Source: Octopus sinensis (taxonomy: Eukaryota). Taken from it: a DNA stretch of 64,000 bases. The stretch covers positions 16,988,001 to 17,052,000 of the forward strand of contig NC_043022.1 of NCBI RefSeq assembly GCF_006345805.1, read 5' to 3'. The notes beneath the pieces are model-generated. The model ran no database searches. It saw only the letters and a list, made by a program, of their open reading frames with translations, and was not told the DNA's origin. The translations under genes were made by a program, and so were the position numbers. Of this stretch, positions 24,122 through 36,595 are shown one piece after another; within the stretch, counting starts at the first letter, position 1, and every line of letters starts with the position of its first letter.

Positions 24122-24337
24122 GCTAAACTGGCTTTTGAACGTATACCTGTTCCAAAGATCTATCACCCTTTCATTTGTGGACCTCACAACAACAACATCA
24201 AATCTCTCATGGATTCTACAAACGTCCGCATTAACGTGCCACCACCGAGTGTAATGAAAGACGAGATTGTGGTTTCTGGAGAGAAGGAAGGTGTGATGAA
24301 GGCAAAAAGCTTCATCCTGAAGACTTTGGAAGAGAAG
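24122..24337 (+). CDS. HDLBP: Vigilin coding exon 5 (degenerate KH, GPHN): AKLAFERIPVPKIYHPFICGPHNNNI...EEK
   Basis: Matches human HPFIAGPYN...RINIPPPSV...GEKE; aaag / gtaatc; 216 nt. Confidence 0.97.
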
Positions 24338-25186
24338 GTAATCCAATGTAGAACCATGTCTTGTCAAAGACTGTTTTAATATTGCATAGCAACACTCACC
24401 AGTAATCTGGTTCCCTTTACAATACTATTGGCCCTTATTTACCAGCATTATTAGGAATGTCATTTGACCCCTGTTTTTGTAGTTTCTTTCAATTCTTCTG
24501 TGTCTAGGGGACAGGCTTTTATAAGTGTTACTGTCAACAATGGTCTCCATTTTGAGTACACCACGGGTCCTGCTTTATCCCCTCACTCACCCTTCATCAT
24601 TTTACATTCACTTTCCATGCTGGCATGGGTTAGAAGGATCATTACCATCCACGTCACTTCTTATTCAGTTATTGAATTCCTAAACAGGTCAGATGGACAT
24701 GTCTTCCTAACACCACCCACATTGATGAGGAGTTGTGTAATTATTGTCATCCATCCAAGGTGTAAAAGCACCTCCTCAGCTGATTGTTTAAACAAGTCCT
24801 TTGTAAGATCCTCTCATTATTTCATTCAGTATGAGAATGCATACCCAAACCAGTATGGGATTTTCAGCAGTTTACAGACGAAACTAAACCCAGAGATGCA
24901 ATAATGAAGAAATAGACAAAAATGGGTTAAGTTGGCTGTAAATGACAATTCTATCTTCGTGGTTAGATTATAAGGAAAAAAGTGCCAAACAGAATGAAGA
25001 ATGAAATAAAGCATTTAGAGATGATAAAGTGAGAAAGTGACGAAGAAGACTGACCGTTTGTGGCTGTGTATATAAATACGTGTAGGTATATAAAGGTAGT
25101 GCTCCAGCATGGCTGCAGTCAAATGGTTGAAACAAGTAAAAGAATATTTATATGTGTTTGTGTAGGAATATATGTGTAGGTGTATG

Positions 25187-25220
<34 letters not shown>

Positions 25221-25368
25221 ATGTAATTGTGTGTTTCTGTGTTTACAGATTTGTATATAAGTGTAGGTTTATGTATGTGTTGGTATGTGTGTGTGTGTAT
25301 ATATATATATGTATAGGTACATAGAATTGCCTGTGATTCTAAGCTTTCTGTTGTTTTCCCTTTTCTAG

Positions 25369-25575
25369 AAAAAGAAGTGTCAGCCTGTGTCCGTCGAAGT
25401 GCGCAAGTGCCAACACAAGTATGTGATTGGTCAGAAGAGAGCTAATATCCAGGAGATTCTGGAAGCAACAGGTGTATCTGTTGAGGTACCAAGTTTGGAA
25501 AGTCCCTCAGGAACTATTACACTTCGTGGAGAAGAGGATAAGCTGGGCCCAGCCCTTACTATGGTATACTCCAAG
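25369..25575 (+). CDS. HDLBP: Vigilin coding exon 6 (KH with GQKR loop): KKKCQPVSVEVRKCQHKYVIGQKRANIQEIL...YSK
   Basis: Matches human VEVKKSQHKYVIGPKGNSLQEILERTGVSVE; ctag / gtaaac; 207 nt. Confidence 0.97.
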
Positions 25576-25677
25576 GTAAACAATACACCATGTGTTCACA
25601 TTCCTTCTGTTTTGTCTTCTTTTCTTTGTCTGGTCTTCTCATCCAAATGTGTTTCTCTTGATCCCTCTTGTCTCTTT

Positions 25678-25738
<61 letters not shown>

Positions 25739-26768
25739 TTGAGGGAATATTATTCCTAACTTACAGGGAAAAATTCAATTTAGAAATACTTAATCAAGTT
25801 TCACAAAATATAATATATATTGATATATAATATATATATTGATAAAAGGTGGGTTTTTTCTAATTTATATATAAATCTGTGTGTGTGTGTATCACGTCAC
25901 TTGTGCAGCGTCTCATCAGCGCAACTGGCAACATGGAATCCCGTACGGCCTGTTGTGTGGTCGGGTTGTCAGTGATTAAACCTGCATCCCCACTGGGTTT
26001 GCCTGGTGAGGGGGATTGCTAGAAACCCAGCAGGACTAAGATCAAGGCATGTCAAAAGGACAGATGGACATAGTGTAGGTTCAACAAGCATTGAGCATTA
26101 GCATGCACCCTCAGAAATTCCAGGTTGATGTCTGATGTGCTGGAAGACCACTGGGACTGAGGCACCTCTCAGCTTTTGTTAAAGCTTGTCTTTAGGAGAA
26201 GGTCACTCTGCTATAAAACCAGGTATGCAGGGAATGGCATTGGACATTTTGGGGATCTTTGGCTTGCACTTGAGATCATGGGGCTCCCACATTGCTGAGC
26301 CTGCCACCCATATTGACATGGCTTCTTTCTGGATTATGCCACTAGGATGGAGAAGGGCTTGTTAGGTGCTTTGTGAAGTTGTCTGGTGGTACAGTAATTT
26401 CTTGCAGAGTATTGCTGGCATTTTTCATGGACAATGGTCAGTGGTGGTTTTTTTTTAGTCACGAGTGGACAGCCGTCATTATTATCATCATCATCATATG
26501 CAGATCTATCAATATGTCTGTCTGTCTATCTATCTATCTATCTATATGCATACATACACCTAAATATAAATTAGAAGTGCACAAAGCAGCCAGCTTTGAA
26601 TGTATTATACAGATGTACAATCATATTTAACAGATTTGTTGCTTACTCAGATATAGGAAGACCTTATCCTTGTGGAATACGATTGTGTACATGTGTGTGT
26701 GTGTGTGTGTGTAATGTTTATACAAAGTCGAAGTTTTTGTCTTATTGACCTTTTCCTTTTTACTTCAG

Positions 26769-26876
26769 GCAAACAGTGTGATTGTGGAAGAAGTGAAGGC
26801 CCCAGCCTGGCTTCACAGGTTCATTATTGGCAAACAGGGTTCCAATATAAAGAAAATCACGCAAAACACTCCAAAG
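26769..26876 (+). CDS. HDLBP: Vigilin coding exon 7: ANSVIVEEVKAPAWLHRFIIGKQGSNIKKITQNTPK
   Basis: Matches human APSWLHRFIIGKKG; tcag / gtaaga. Confidence 0.97.
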
Positions 26877-27957
26877 GTAAGATCATCATCATCATCATCA
26901 TCATTATTATTATTATTGAGTGAGGAGTGCATGCCATCAAAGGGAAATTGGGGTAAAATATCTGAAGCCCAGTATACCCATCATGACTACCCATCTGATA
27001 AGGGTACACTAGGCACATGCATCACAACCATATGTGCGTGACATCTCGTATCAAGATAAACAGCGAATGACCTTGCAGGTGGGGCTCAGTTACAATTTTC
27101 TTCTGGTCGAGTAACCCATCCCGCTCAAAAGGTCCCTGAATAAGGGTTGTTTAAGGATGTTGAATGAAACACCCATGTTTCCAGAGGTGAATTATTCAAA
27201 CCCTGAAGAATCCCTCTCAACACATGGCTATGATGCTCCCCCACTACTTCTGCTTGTGTATTCAGTATTCTAAGAAGACTTCTCTATTAAGATGGATAGA
27301 AACACTACCTTTTGGCATTAATATTGCTTCTGTAACATTCCGCCAAGGTCAACTTGGCCTTTCATCTTTTCGGGGTCAATAAATTAAGTATCAATTGCGT
27401 ACTGGGGTCGATCTAATTGACTGCCCCCAACTCCCCAAAAATTCCAGGCCTAGTGCCTAGAGTAGAAAAGAATATTGCTTCTGTAACTAATAATTAATAT
27501 ACATATACATACATATCATTGCTATTATGCAAAAGTGTCCTAAGTCCAAAACGTTGCTTTTTTTCAGAAAATGAAAAAATAGTTTCACCATTCCATTTCT
27601 TTTTACATTAGCAACAGTTTCAGCTTAACATTGATACTTTGTTGAGGGCATAAAATCGTAACTGCATGTATGATATTTTCAGTCAGAAATATTTTTGTAA
27701 AACTGTCATATTTGGGACTCACTACACTTTGACAATTTTCATCTGAAGCAGCCGGAGGTATGATAGTTTGACCAAAAGAACCGGCTATTGCATGCAAAAT
27801 TAAATATTGAAAAAAAAAAATGCATTTGGCCAAACGACAGTTTAACATAATAGCAATGATATGTACTTACATACATTCATGTATACATATGTATGGAACT
27901 GGTTGTTCTTAGTGTTTATTCCTCCTCCTCCACTGTTTTTTCATTTAATTCCTTTAG

Positions 27958-28062
27958 GTTCACATTGAATTCACTGAAGGGCAGGACAAAATCAACATTG
28001 AAGGACCCCCTGATGAAGTCGAAGAGTGTGTCCAGAAACTGTCTGAGTGTATTGAGGATTTG
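27958..28062 (+). CDS. HDLBP: Vigilin coding exon 8: VHIEFTEGQDKINIEGPPDEVEECVQKLSECIEDL
   Basis: Matches human VHIEFTEGEDKITLEGP; ttag / gtaagt. Confidence 0.97.
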
Positions 28063-28267
28063 GTAAGTCTCTTCAGCTCTTCACTTATCATTCACAAACT
28101 CACTCGTTTACTGGCGGACACCCACACACACACACACAATAATACACAGGTTCATGTTGTCTTCTCTCCCTTACACACACACACATTCTCTAACACTATT
28201 TTTATTGTGTAACCTGTCTGCACACTGTCTGTCTGTCTTTATCTCTCTTTTCTCATTTATACACACA

Positions 28268-28445
28268 CACACATATATCATCATCATCATTGTTCGACCG
28301 TGGTCGAGGCAATGGAATTTACCATGCTACGCCAGACTTCACAGTCCATCATGGCATTACGGAGGTCCTGTTGCTGGATGCCTGTATCCCTGGAGATTGC
28401 ATCAGGGTAGGAGAGTGTGCGCCCTCTGATATTGCGAGTAGATGG
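28268..28445 (-). mobile_element. 3' end of a second RTE-type LINE
   Basis: Minus frame RGRTLSYPDAISRDTGIQQQDLRNAMMDCEVWRSMV resembles the RTE C-terminal RGRP..Y...L.RDTG.....AM.DR..WR motif; (GAT)n tail. Confidence 0.7.
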
Positions 28446-29353
28446 CAGCACACACATATGGTCAGCTTGTTTCAGCTTCTGTCCACCAAATCCACTCCCC
28501 ACGCTTTGGACCAGCCTGGTGGACATTTGCCCCGGGTGTCATGCAGTGGAACTGAACCTAATACCACATGGCTGGGAAGCTAACTCCTTTACCACATGGC
28601 CATCTTGATGCAAATATGAATGCTTTCTCTTTCTTGCACACTGACACTCTCGCGACTGTCTCTTCCACCCCCCACTCCCTTCACATATCTTTTATCTTTT
28701 ACTTGTTTCAGTCATTAGGCTATGGTCATGCTGGGGCACCATCTTGAAGAATTTTAGTCAAATGAATCAAGCCCAGTACTTTTTTTTAATGCCTGGTACT
28801 TATTGTATTGGTCTCTTTTGCTGAACTGCTAAGTTATAAGGATATAACACACCAAAACCGGTTTTCAAACTGTATTGGGGGACAAACTCTGACACACACA
28901 CACATACGATGGGCTTCTTTCAGTTTCTGTCTACCAAATCCACTCTCATGGCTTTGGTCATTCCTAGACCATAGCAGAAGACACTTGCCCATGGTGCCAC
29001 ACAGTGGGACTGAACCTGGAGCCATATGGTTGGGAAGCAAACTTCTTATCACACAGCTACGCCTGCACCTATGCTAACATAAACACTCTCTCTCTCACCC
29101 AAACCATTCCAATCACCTCACCACCATTTCTCTCTCTGTCTCCTTCTCATTCACATTTCCCAAACCATTCCAGAATATTCTAAAGACCAAACCAATCAAT
29201 AGCAACAATAAATTTTCAATGAAAAAACTTAGTTTTTTCAAAGAATGACTCAAACAAGTTCCCAACTATTTATTTTTATTTGTATTATATTTTACTTTAA
29301 AAAAATTTTAATTAATGAAAGAATTAATTAGTTTTTGTAATTCTGTTTTGCAG

Positions 29354-29432
29354 AGGAAAAGAATGGCATTTGCTGAGATTGAAATTGATCAGCGCTTTCA
29401 CAAACATATCATTGGGAAGAATGGTGCAAATA
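29354..29432 (+). CDS. HDLBP: Vigilin coding exon 9: RKRMAFAEIEIDQRFHKHIIGKNGAN
   Basis: Matches human IDHKFHRHLIGKSGAN; gcag / gtaagt (phase 1). Confidence 0.96.
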
Positions 29433-29640
29433 GTAAGTCTTGGAGGAGAGTGTTTGGGGGGTGGGGATGTGGATGTGTGTTGTGTGTCTATATGGAGATG
29501 TGGTTGTGTATGCAGGTGCATCTCTGTGTATGAGTTTGTTCATGTGTAGATGTATGTGTGTTTCTGCGTGTGTGTATTTGCATCTTTGCGTGGGATCTCT
29601 CTTGTACTTTGAATTTATTTTTAGTATTATTATTATTATT

Positions 29641-30026
29641 ATTAGCAGTATAGCCTGGTGTTGCTCGGGTTTGTTTTTTAGTTGTGCTTAAGACAGCAGA
29701 CTGCATTATGTAGCTTGTTATTCCCTTTAAGTGAACATTTTTCTGGTTGAAATACACTGAAAAATGGCGACACAGCAGTCAAAAAATTGTAAAAAAAATA
29801 GGGATTTTCATAGAAAAAAAGCACCTTTTTAATGTAAATAAATTTTGGTCTTAACATGGTCCAATTTGAAATTTTACTTCTACAGAATAAAGAGCAAGCC
29901 TTCTTCTATCATACTCTCAATTTTGGTCAACTTGCGCCACAGGGTCTCGGAGGAGATAGTGTTAGTTGAAGGCTACCAAATCTGCCACACACACAGACAG
30001 ACAACTTCAACTTTATATATATAGAT
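29641..30026 (+). mobile_element. Non-autonomous Helentron/Helitron-like element
   Basis: Starts a(t)tagcag...cctggtgttgctcggg (short subterminal hairpin) and ends actttatatatatagat, the layout of HINE/DINE-1-like elements; inserted in a T-rich site. Confidence 0.5.
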
Positions 30027-30955
30027 TATGATCATCATCATTATTATTATTTAACATCCAGATTCCATTCTGGCATAAGTTGGATAAGTTTGACAGGATT
30101 CGATGGGCCCAAGGGCTTCATCATGCTCCTGTGTTTGTTTGACACAATGCGGCCCTTGCGCTAGAAATTGTTGACTTGGCCACGAGAAGGGAAATTCTAA
30201 TGAAACCTGTAGTTAGACAAGCAAACTGAGGCAAGTTCAATGGTTACAGTTCTTTGCCCACTGTGCACACAAAACAATAACTGTACCAGGGTTTGAACTT
30301 GTAAACCTTGTGTTTAACCATCTAGCACCTTAACTTGATACTCATCATAATTCTTATGAAAGATCTAGAATTATGTGTTTATTTAAAGATTGTGTGCCTG
30401 GGGCGGGGACGTGATTATCTTCCCTTTGCTGGGTCATGAGGTACATAGGTCAGCTGTGAAGGTCATTAAGTGCAGAGGTCAGTTGTGAAAGGTATGAGGT
30501 GCAGAGATCAGCCCTGAAATAAATACGTTGGTCAGACAAACTGGCAAATTTTCTGCTAGAAACTGGGCCCATGGAGAATGCCTGCTGGTGGACAAAACTC
30601 CCCAGGGAAAAGCACACACAGGTTCCTGCTGTTAAAAGATGGTGGATGTTGATGTGAAGCCAAAATGAGGGATATATTGTGGGAGGTTACAGGTCTCACC
30701 ATCCAAATTTAGGCTGTCAATGGTGCAGAGGTGTGGTTTGGGCAGAGAGAGACATACCTTCAGCAACTGTGAGGGACTGGCATCCTATCCTGGATCCTGT
30801 GGCATTTTCAAAGTTGACATGGCTAGTGACTGGTGCCCTATGTTTTGTTATAGAAAGTCAGAGTTCCCATTACAAAATTACAATCGTAAATGGCAGCCGT
30901 TGTTTGTTTGTTTCTGTCTTTCTTTGTTTATTTATTTGTTTGTTTGTTTGTTCAG

Positions 30956-31095
30956 TTTCTAGAATCAAAAACGAGACTGGTGTGGCTATTCAGATCCCTT
31001 CAGACAGTGACAACAGCAACATTATTAGGATTGAGGGAGACCCGAACGGTGTACAAAGAGCCAAGCAAGAACTCTTAGAAATGGCTCAGAGAATG
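30956..31095 (+). CDS. HDLBP: Vigilin coding exon 10: ISRIKNETGVAIQIPSDSDNSNIIRIEGDPNGVQRAKQELLEMAQRM
   Basis: Matches human SNLIRIEGDPQGVQQAKRELLELASRM; tcag / gtaact. Confidence 0.97.
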
Positions 31096-31576
31096 GTAAC
31101 TACTCTTTTCTCACTTCTTTTATCTTTATTTAATGTGTATACAGCTGTGACTGTCATCTTCATCCTTTAACGCCCATCTTCCATGTTGGATGGTTTGACC
31201 AGAGCTGGCCAGCCAAAGTGCTGCCCGGGCTCCAGTTGTCTGTTTTGGAATAGTTCCTCTGGCTGGATGCCCTTCCTAATGCCTTTATTGGGTTTTCTAT
31301 TAATACTGACATTGTCAACAGAATCCTTGAGAATATTGCATTACACTTAACCACCCTTCAATAAACCATACTGAATGACTCCTCATCACACTACACTACT
31401 TTAAATTTGGCTACCTTACACTGAGCTGCCCTCTGCCACCCTCTACTAAACAATGCAGTTTTGCACTACATCCATGTAGGGCCACTCTGCACTATTCTAT
31501 AAACACGGTAACACCTCGACTATCGTGGTTGTTATGTTCCAAAACCCTTTGCGATTAGTGAAAAACATATACATAT

Positions 31577-31613
<37 letters not shown>

Positions 31614-31994
31614 CAACGGGCTTCTTTCAGTTTCTGTCTACCAAATCCACACACAAGGCTTTGGTCGGCCTGAGGCTATAGTAGAAGACACTTGCCCAAG
31701 GTACCATGCAGTGGGACTGAATCTGGAACCATGTGGTTTGTAAGCAAGCTACTTACCACACAACGCCTATTTTTTTTTTCATTATTTTTATAATTTGTAT
31801 ATATTTGTTTTATTATATATGCAAAACTACACCACGGAGGAATCGATGTAAGCTTAAATAATAAACCGCGATAGGTGAACCACGATATGGTGAGGAATTA
31901 CAGTAATTAAAGTTTCTGAATTTTATCTAAGATCAAATGTTTGGTTTCTAGAAAATAATTTCAGCCCCTTTTTTAAAAATCTTTCTTTCTTTAG

Positions 31995-32213
31995 GAGAAT
32001 GAAAAAAGCAGAGATATAATAATTGAACAGCGCTTCCACAAAACCATTATCGGAGCTCGGGGTGAGAAGATCCGGGAAATCAGGGATAAATTTAATCAAG
32101 TCCAGATCAGCTTCCCCGATGCTGGAAAGAAGAGTGATGTGGTTACTCTGCGTGGTCCAAAGAACGATGTCGACAAAGCATACCAACACCTCAGTCAATA
32201 CCAACAAGAACTG
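31995..32213 (+). CDS. HDLBP: Vigilin coding exon 11 (KH, GARG): ENEKSRDIIIEQRFHKTIIGARGEKIREIRDKF...QEL
   Basis: Matches human ENERTKDLIIEQRFHRTIIGQKGERIREIRDKF; ttag / gtcagt; 219 nt. Confidence 0.97.
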
Positions 32214-32536
32214 GTCAGTTTTTATTTTTATGTTTGTGTGTGTGTATTGAGAGAAGCCTATACGTCATGTTAATGCACTTTGCAATATTTTTCTGCTGTT
32301 AATTGCAGGAGCTCTGAATTCCTGTGAAATTTGCCCAAATGTGGATATTTTATGATTTTATTTTCACCAATAATACAGGATAATCCAGATCAAGCCCCAT
32401 TTAATCTCACCTGATAAAGCTTGTGGACGTATTTTAAGTCCACCAGTTTACAGAAACCCAGTGTTTTTATTTATTTATGCTCCTTTATTTATATTTATTT
32501 ATTTATATTTCTTGGTATTCAATCTTTCTTTCTCAG

Positions 32537-32623
32537 GTCACCAACAATTATCAAGCCCAGGTTCAAATATTCAAGGAATTCCATAAAAACATTATCGGTA
32601 AAGGTGGAGCCACAATTAAAAAG
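32537..32623 (+). CDS. HDLBP: Vigilin coding exon 12: VTNNYQAQVQIFKEFHKNIIGKGGATIKK
   Basis: Matches human IFKQFHKNIIGKGGANIKK; tcag / gtaatt; 87 nt. Confidence 0.97.
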
Positions 32624-32891
32624 GTAATTTCTCTCTCTTACTTTCTCACACACACACTCTCTCTCTCTCTCTCACATTAAAAAAAAATGATAATTAACTA
32701 ATTACATATGATATGGGTATAGGCATGGAGGCTGGCTTTGTAACTGTGATTCAAGTCCAATCCTGCTACACAGCATCTTGAGCAAATGTTTTCTACCATT
32801 ACTGCAGGTTCACAAAGCCTTGTGAGTGGAACTTGATAAATGAAAACTATGCAGAAGCCTATACTCTGTGAGTGTGTGTGTATACACACGC

Positions 32892-33085
32892 ACAGAGTAA
32901 TCCCTCGATTATCGCAAGCGATATGTTCTAAAACTCCTTGGAATAGGTGAAAATCTGCAAAGTAGAAACAGTACTGTACTGTGTATATTTTTTAATTATA
33001 TTGTAAATGTAAAATTAGTGTTTTTGCATAAGCTTAAATAATAAACCATGACAGGTGAACCATGATATGGCAAGGGATTGCTGTA
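32892..33085. mobile_element. Tigger/pogo-like MITE
   Basis: ca(ga)gtaatccctcgattatcgc ... gcaagggattgctgta termini; a relative at about 31504-31906 is interrupted by a SINE. Confidence 0.6.
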
Positions 33086-33784
33086 TATATATTTAATAAC
33101 CACTCGCGGAGTGGTTGGCGTTAGAAAGGGCATCCAGCTGTAGAAACTCTGCCAGATCAGATTGGAGCCTGGTGCAGCCATCTGGTTCACCAGTCCTCAG
33201 TCAAACTGTCCAATCCATTCTAGCATGGAAAGCAGACGTTAAACGACGATGATGATGGAATTTAAAAGTGAGCTACTTCTATAAGTTTCATGTTCTGACA
33301 TTACAATAGTTGAGTGAGTTTCTATTGAGTGCTGTCTATTGCACAATCTTTCAACCATTCTGCTGTCAGATGAAACCTACAGCAGCCCACACTTAAATCC
33401 TGTGTTTATTAAATGATGGGTACATTTTTTTCATTGTTCCTGTCAATAATGGAACAGTACATGCATGGAAGATGGATGTTAAACGATGATGATGATGATG
33501 ATGATTATATATATATATAAAAGATTCAAACTGGTAAAGAAACTGATACTCTGGTGCTTTGGGACAGCTCCTCCCACCTTGTGATATTCGTTCCACCTGA
33601 GTTGCAGAAACAATCCCTTGTTACCTTTACTGTTGTAAAATCAATATCTGTGATTGACCCATTAGAATCTTTTAACCAATAACTCTCTGATCCTGTAAAA
33701 TTTTTCAATATCTCTGCCCACCCACCTATCCAATCCCTTCCCCAAGTTCTGTTGGGAAATGATTTTTGGTTTTGCTTTCCGTAG

Positions 33785-33916
33785 ATTCGTGATGAGACTG
33801 ACACTCGGATCGAGTTACCTCATGAGAATATGAATTCTGATATGATCATTATCACTGGCAAGAAGGCCAATGTGGAACTGGCCAAGAAGAAGATTGAAGC
33901 AATTCAAAAGGATCTG
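33785..33916 (+). CDS. HDLBP: Vigilin coding exon 13: IRDETDTRIELPHENMNSDMIIITGKKANVELAKKKIEAIQKDL
   Basis: Matches human IREESNTKIDLPAENSNSETIIITGKRAN...IQKDL; gtag / gtaagg; 132 nt. Confidence 0.97.
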
Positions 33917-35512
33917 GTAAGGAACTGTTTTGTGCTCAAAATTATTATTTCATTTTATATAATGTTCCATCCTTTTTTAATTGCTAGTTTGAAAGATTAA
34001 CCCTTTAGCATTTAAAATAGCCATGTCCAGCCAAAATATTCTCACTGTTTTATGTTCAGACTGGCCGGTCTGGACTCTCACACCCACCCTGCAAGGTCAT
34101 TTTATAAATAAACAATCACATCATCGAAATCTTAAAGCAAAAAGATAATGTGTGATTACTTGAAAAAAATTGGAATAAATAAGCATTATATTTAACAGAG
34201 TAATATGAAAGTGAATGGGTTAAAGAAAATATCTAATATCACCACAATTGGGCCTTTAGAATTTAAACTGGCCAGATCAGACCTCTCACACCTACCTTGC
34301 AATGTCATTCTGGAAATAAACAATCATGTCATTGAACTCTTGAAGCTACAGGATAATACTAGATTAATTGAAAACAAGATAAGCATTACATTTGACAATA
34401 ATTTGAATAGTAAAGGGTTAAAGCTGTTGTTATAGGGATATCTTGTCAATGAGGTCCTCCAAAAGCCCACCACAATCAAGGCGTACCCAACATCTTGGCC
34501 TTAATCCAGCAGCTGTTCTGTCAATCCGACATAAATGGGCTCTCATCCAGTGTGGATAACCTTATACATTTTCTTTTATTCTGCCTCTTTAACCCCACAT
34601 TAGAGTATGGTTCTCTGCCCTCAAAGTTACCTGGGATCCAACTCGGTAACAACCGTCTCCGAATCAGCTTTTCATTTCGGCTTGGATTTCAAGATCTGTG
34701 AGTGACCAACATTTCACTGTGGGTCTACAGTCGATGATTTTGGAGTTGTTTATCTCTTGTCAAGCCACTTCAATGCTGGCAACTTCCCCCTGACAAGCCT
34801 CAGTGATATCATCCAATGTGGTTTGGATGGAACCAGTCTTTCCTTGCAACTGGTGCCACCACTGATTGTCTGAGAGAACAGCAACAAGATTGGTTGGATT
34901 CTCAATCCTTTTCTTCCAAGCTGGCAATCTGGTGAAATTGCCATCATCTCCAGGCTTCATCAGAAGACAAGCTGAGAGTTAGAAGCAGACATGATACCAG
35001 TTATTCTTTAATAAGTTTTCTTTCTGAACCTAGAGGAGAGAAAACATCAACATCCTGGTCCCCAAAACCACCTTCCAGGTACCAGCTGAGCATAAGGCCC
35101 ATTGTGATTGACTTGCCCCCTTCCCACAAATTTCCAGTTTTGTGCCTATAATAGAAAGCATTATTATTGTTTAGCACCGAGTCAGTTCTGGTTGAGCAGA
35201 CTCACAATCAAACTTTTCAGTTATGACCATCCTATCTTTTTCTATATCAGTTACTACATTGCCGACTGTATCTTTGTAATGTGAGGTAGACATGGGTGCT
35301 ATTTCTAGCTTATCTAAAGAACGTTGCTATAATATTTTTATCATAGTTTAGATTAAGATTGAGACTTTCTGGGAAAATGGTTTTGGAAGTGGAGGTTCCT
35401 GGCCTCTGGAGTGTATTGCAATAGGATGGAGCCAGACTGGTTGGAATTGCATAATGGACAATAACTACTTAATTACAATTTAATTTGGGGTTTTTCTCTT
35501 TTGTTCTTTCAG

Positions 35513-35731
35513 GCTAACATTAAGGAGATTACTGTTGAAATTCCATCAAAGTTCCACAATTCCATTATTGGTGCCAAAGGCCGTTTGATTCGAGCTATTT
35601 TAGATGACTGCAGTGGTGTACATATCCGCTTCCCACCAGAAGGAAGTGCCTGTGATAAAGTCGTGATTCGAGGACCACCAGAAGATGCAGAAAATGCTTG
35701 CAAACAGCTGCGAGAACTGACAAGTGAAAAG
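35513..35731 (+). CDS. HDLBP: Vigilin coding exon 14 (KH, GAKG): ANIKEITVEIPSKFHNSIIGAKGRLIRAILDDCSGVHIRFP...SEK
   Basis: Matches human IPAKLHNSLIGTKGRLIRSIMEECGGVHIHFP; tcag / gtagga; 219 nt. Confidence 0.97.
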
Positions 35732-35784
35732 GTAGGAAAGAAACAACAAGCACAACAACATCAATAATAATAACAATAATAATA

Positions 35785-36145
35785 ATGAAGACCAAAACAA
35801 TACCTGTCGTCATAGGTGCCCTGGGAATGATAGCAAAAGGGGCTGATTGCTACCTAACTCAGATACCAGGAAACCCCAAAATGGCAGAAATTCAAAAGAT
35901 AGTGCTCATGGGAACTGCTCATATCCTACACAAAATACTTTCTATGTAATCTCAAGTTTTAAAACAAACATAATTTTTATAGACATTCACTAGTACAACA
36001 CTAAGTACAAAACCAAATATATGGCACCCTAGGCATAACACCAACACGAACTTCCAACTTGTTGTCTCTTGAGGTCTCTGGGTGAGACTTGGAGCCAGCT
36101 TGTGCAAATGTAAAGCAAAAGTCAAACATAGAATAATAATAATGA
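35785..36145 (+). mobile_element. 5'-truncated R4/Dong-like (REL-endonuclease) LINE 3' end inside (AAT)n
   Basis: Open 54 codons MKTKTIPVVIGALGMIAKG...IQKIVLMGTAHILHKILSM* (35785-35949), matching the P.VIGALG...QK..L.GTA.IL end of REL LINEs; AAT repeats on both sides. Confidence 0.75.
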
Positions 36146-36284
36146 TATTAAAACAACTTTCTCTATGCATCCCTCCTCCTCTGTTTGAACAGCTACATCT
36201 TCCCTCCCACCCCACAGTTGTGTTTCTTCTCCAGTCCATAACTACATGTCTCCTCTCCTCCCTCCTTTCCTACATGTAATACTA

Positions 36285-36595
36285 ACTTAGAGATCAACGC
36301 CAACGTCTGTGAAACACAAGCACAAGACCACCCATGCCTTGCAAAGATGCACCAACAGAGGTGCCACCTACAAACAGAACAGGCTTGCAGAGCCACAGAG
36401 AAAACATGAATGACACAAGCCCAGAGCCAACCCCTCGCTTTTCAGTGCCTGTAGACCAGCCATGCCCAACCTGCAGCAGAGTCTTTTGAGCACGCCTCAG
36501 ACTGAATGGCTCCAGCTGGACACACTGTGCTTTGTCTTCTTCTCCCATGTGATGTCGTCCTTGGTCATCTTTGACAACAATGGATGAATGACAGT
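36285..36595 (+). mobile_element. RTE-BovB-like LINE 3' remnant
   Basis: CPTCSRVF*ARLRL resembles the C-terminal CPxCxRxFRARIGL zinc-knuckle of BovB-type RTEs; tail gtcatctttgacaacaatggatgaa. Confidence 0.6.
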
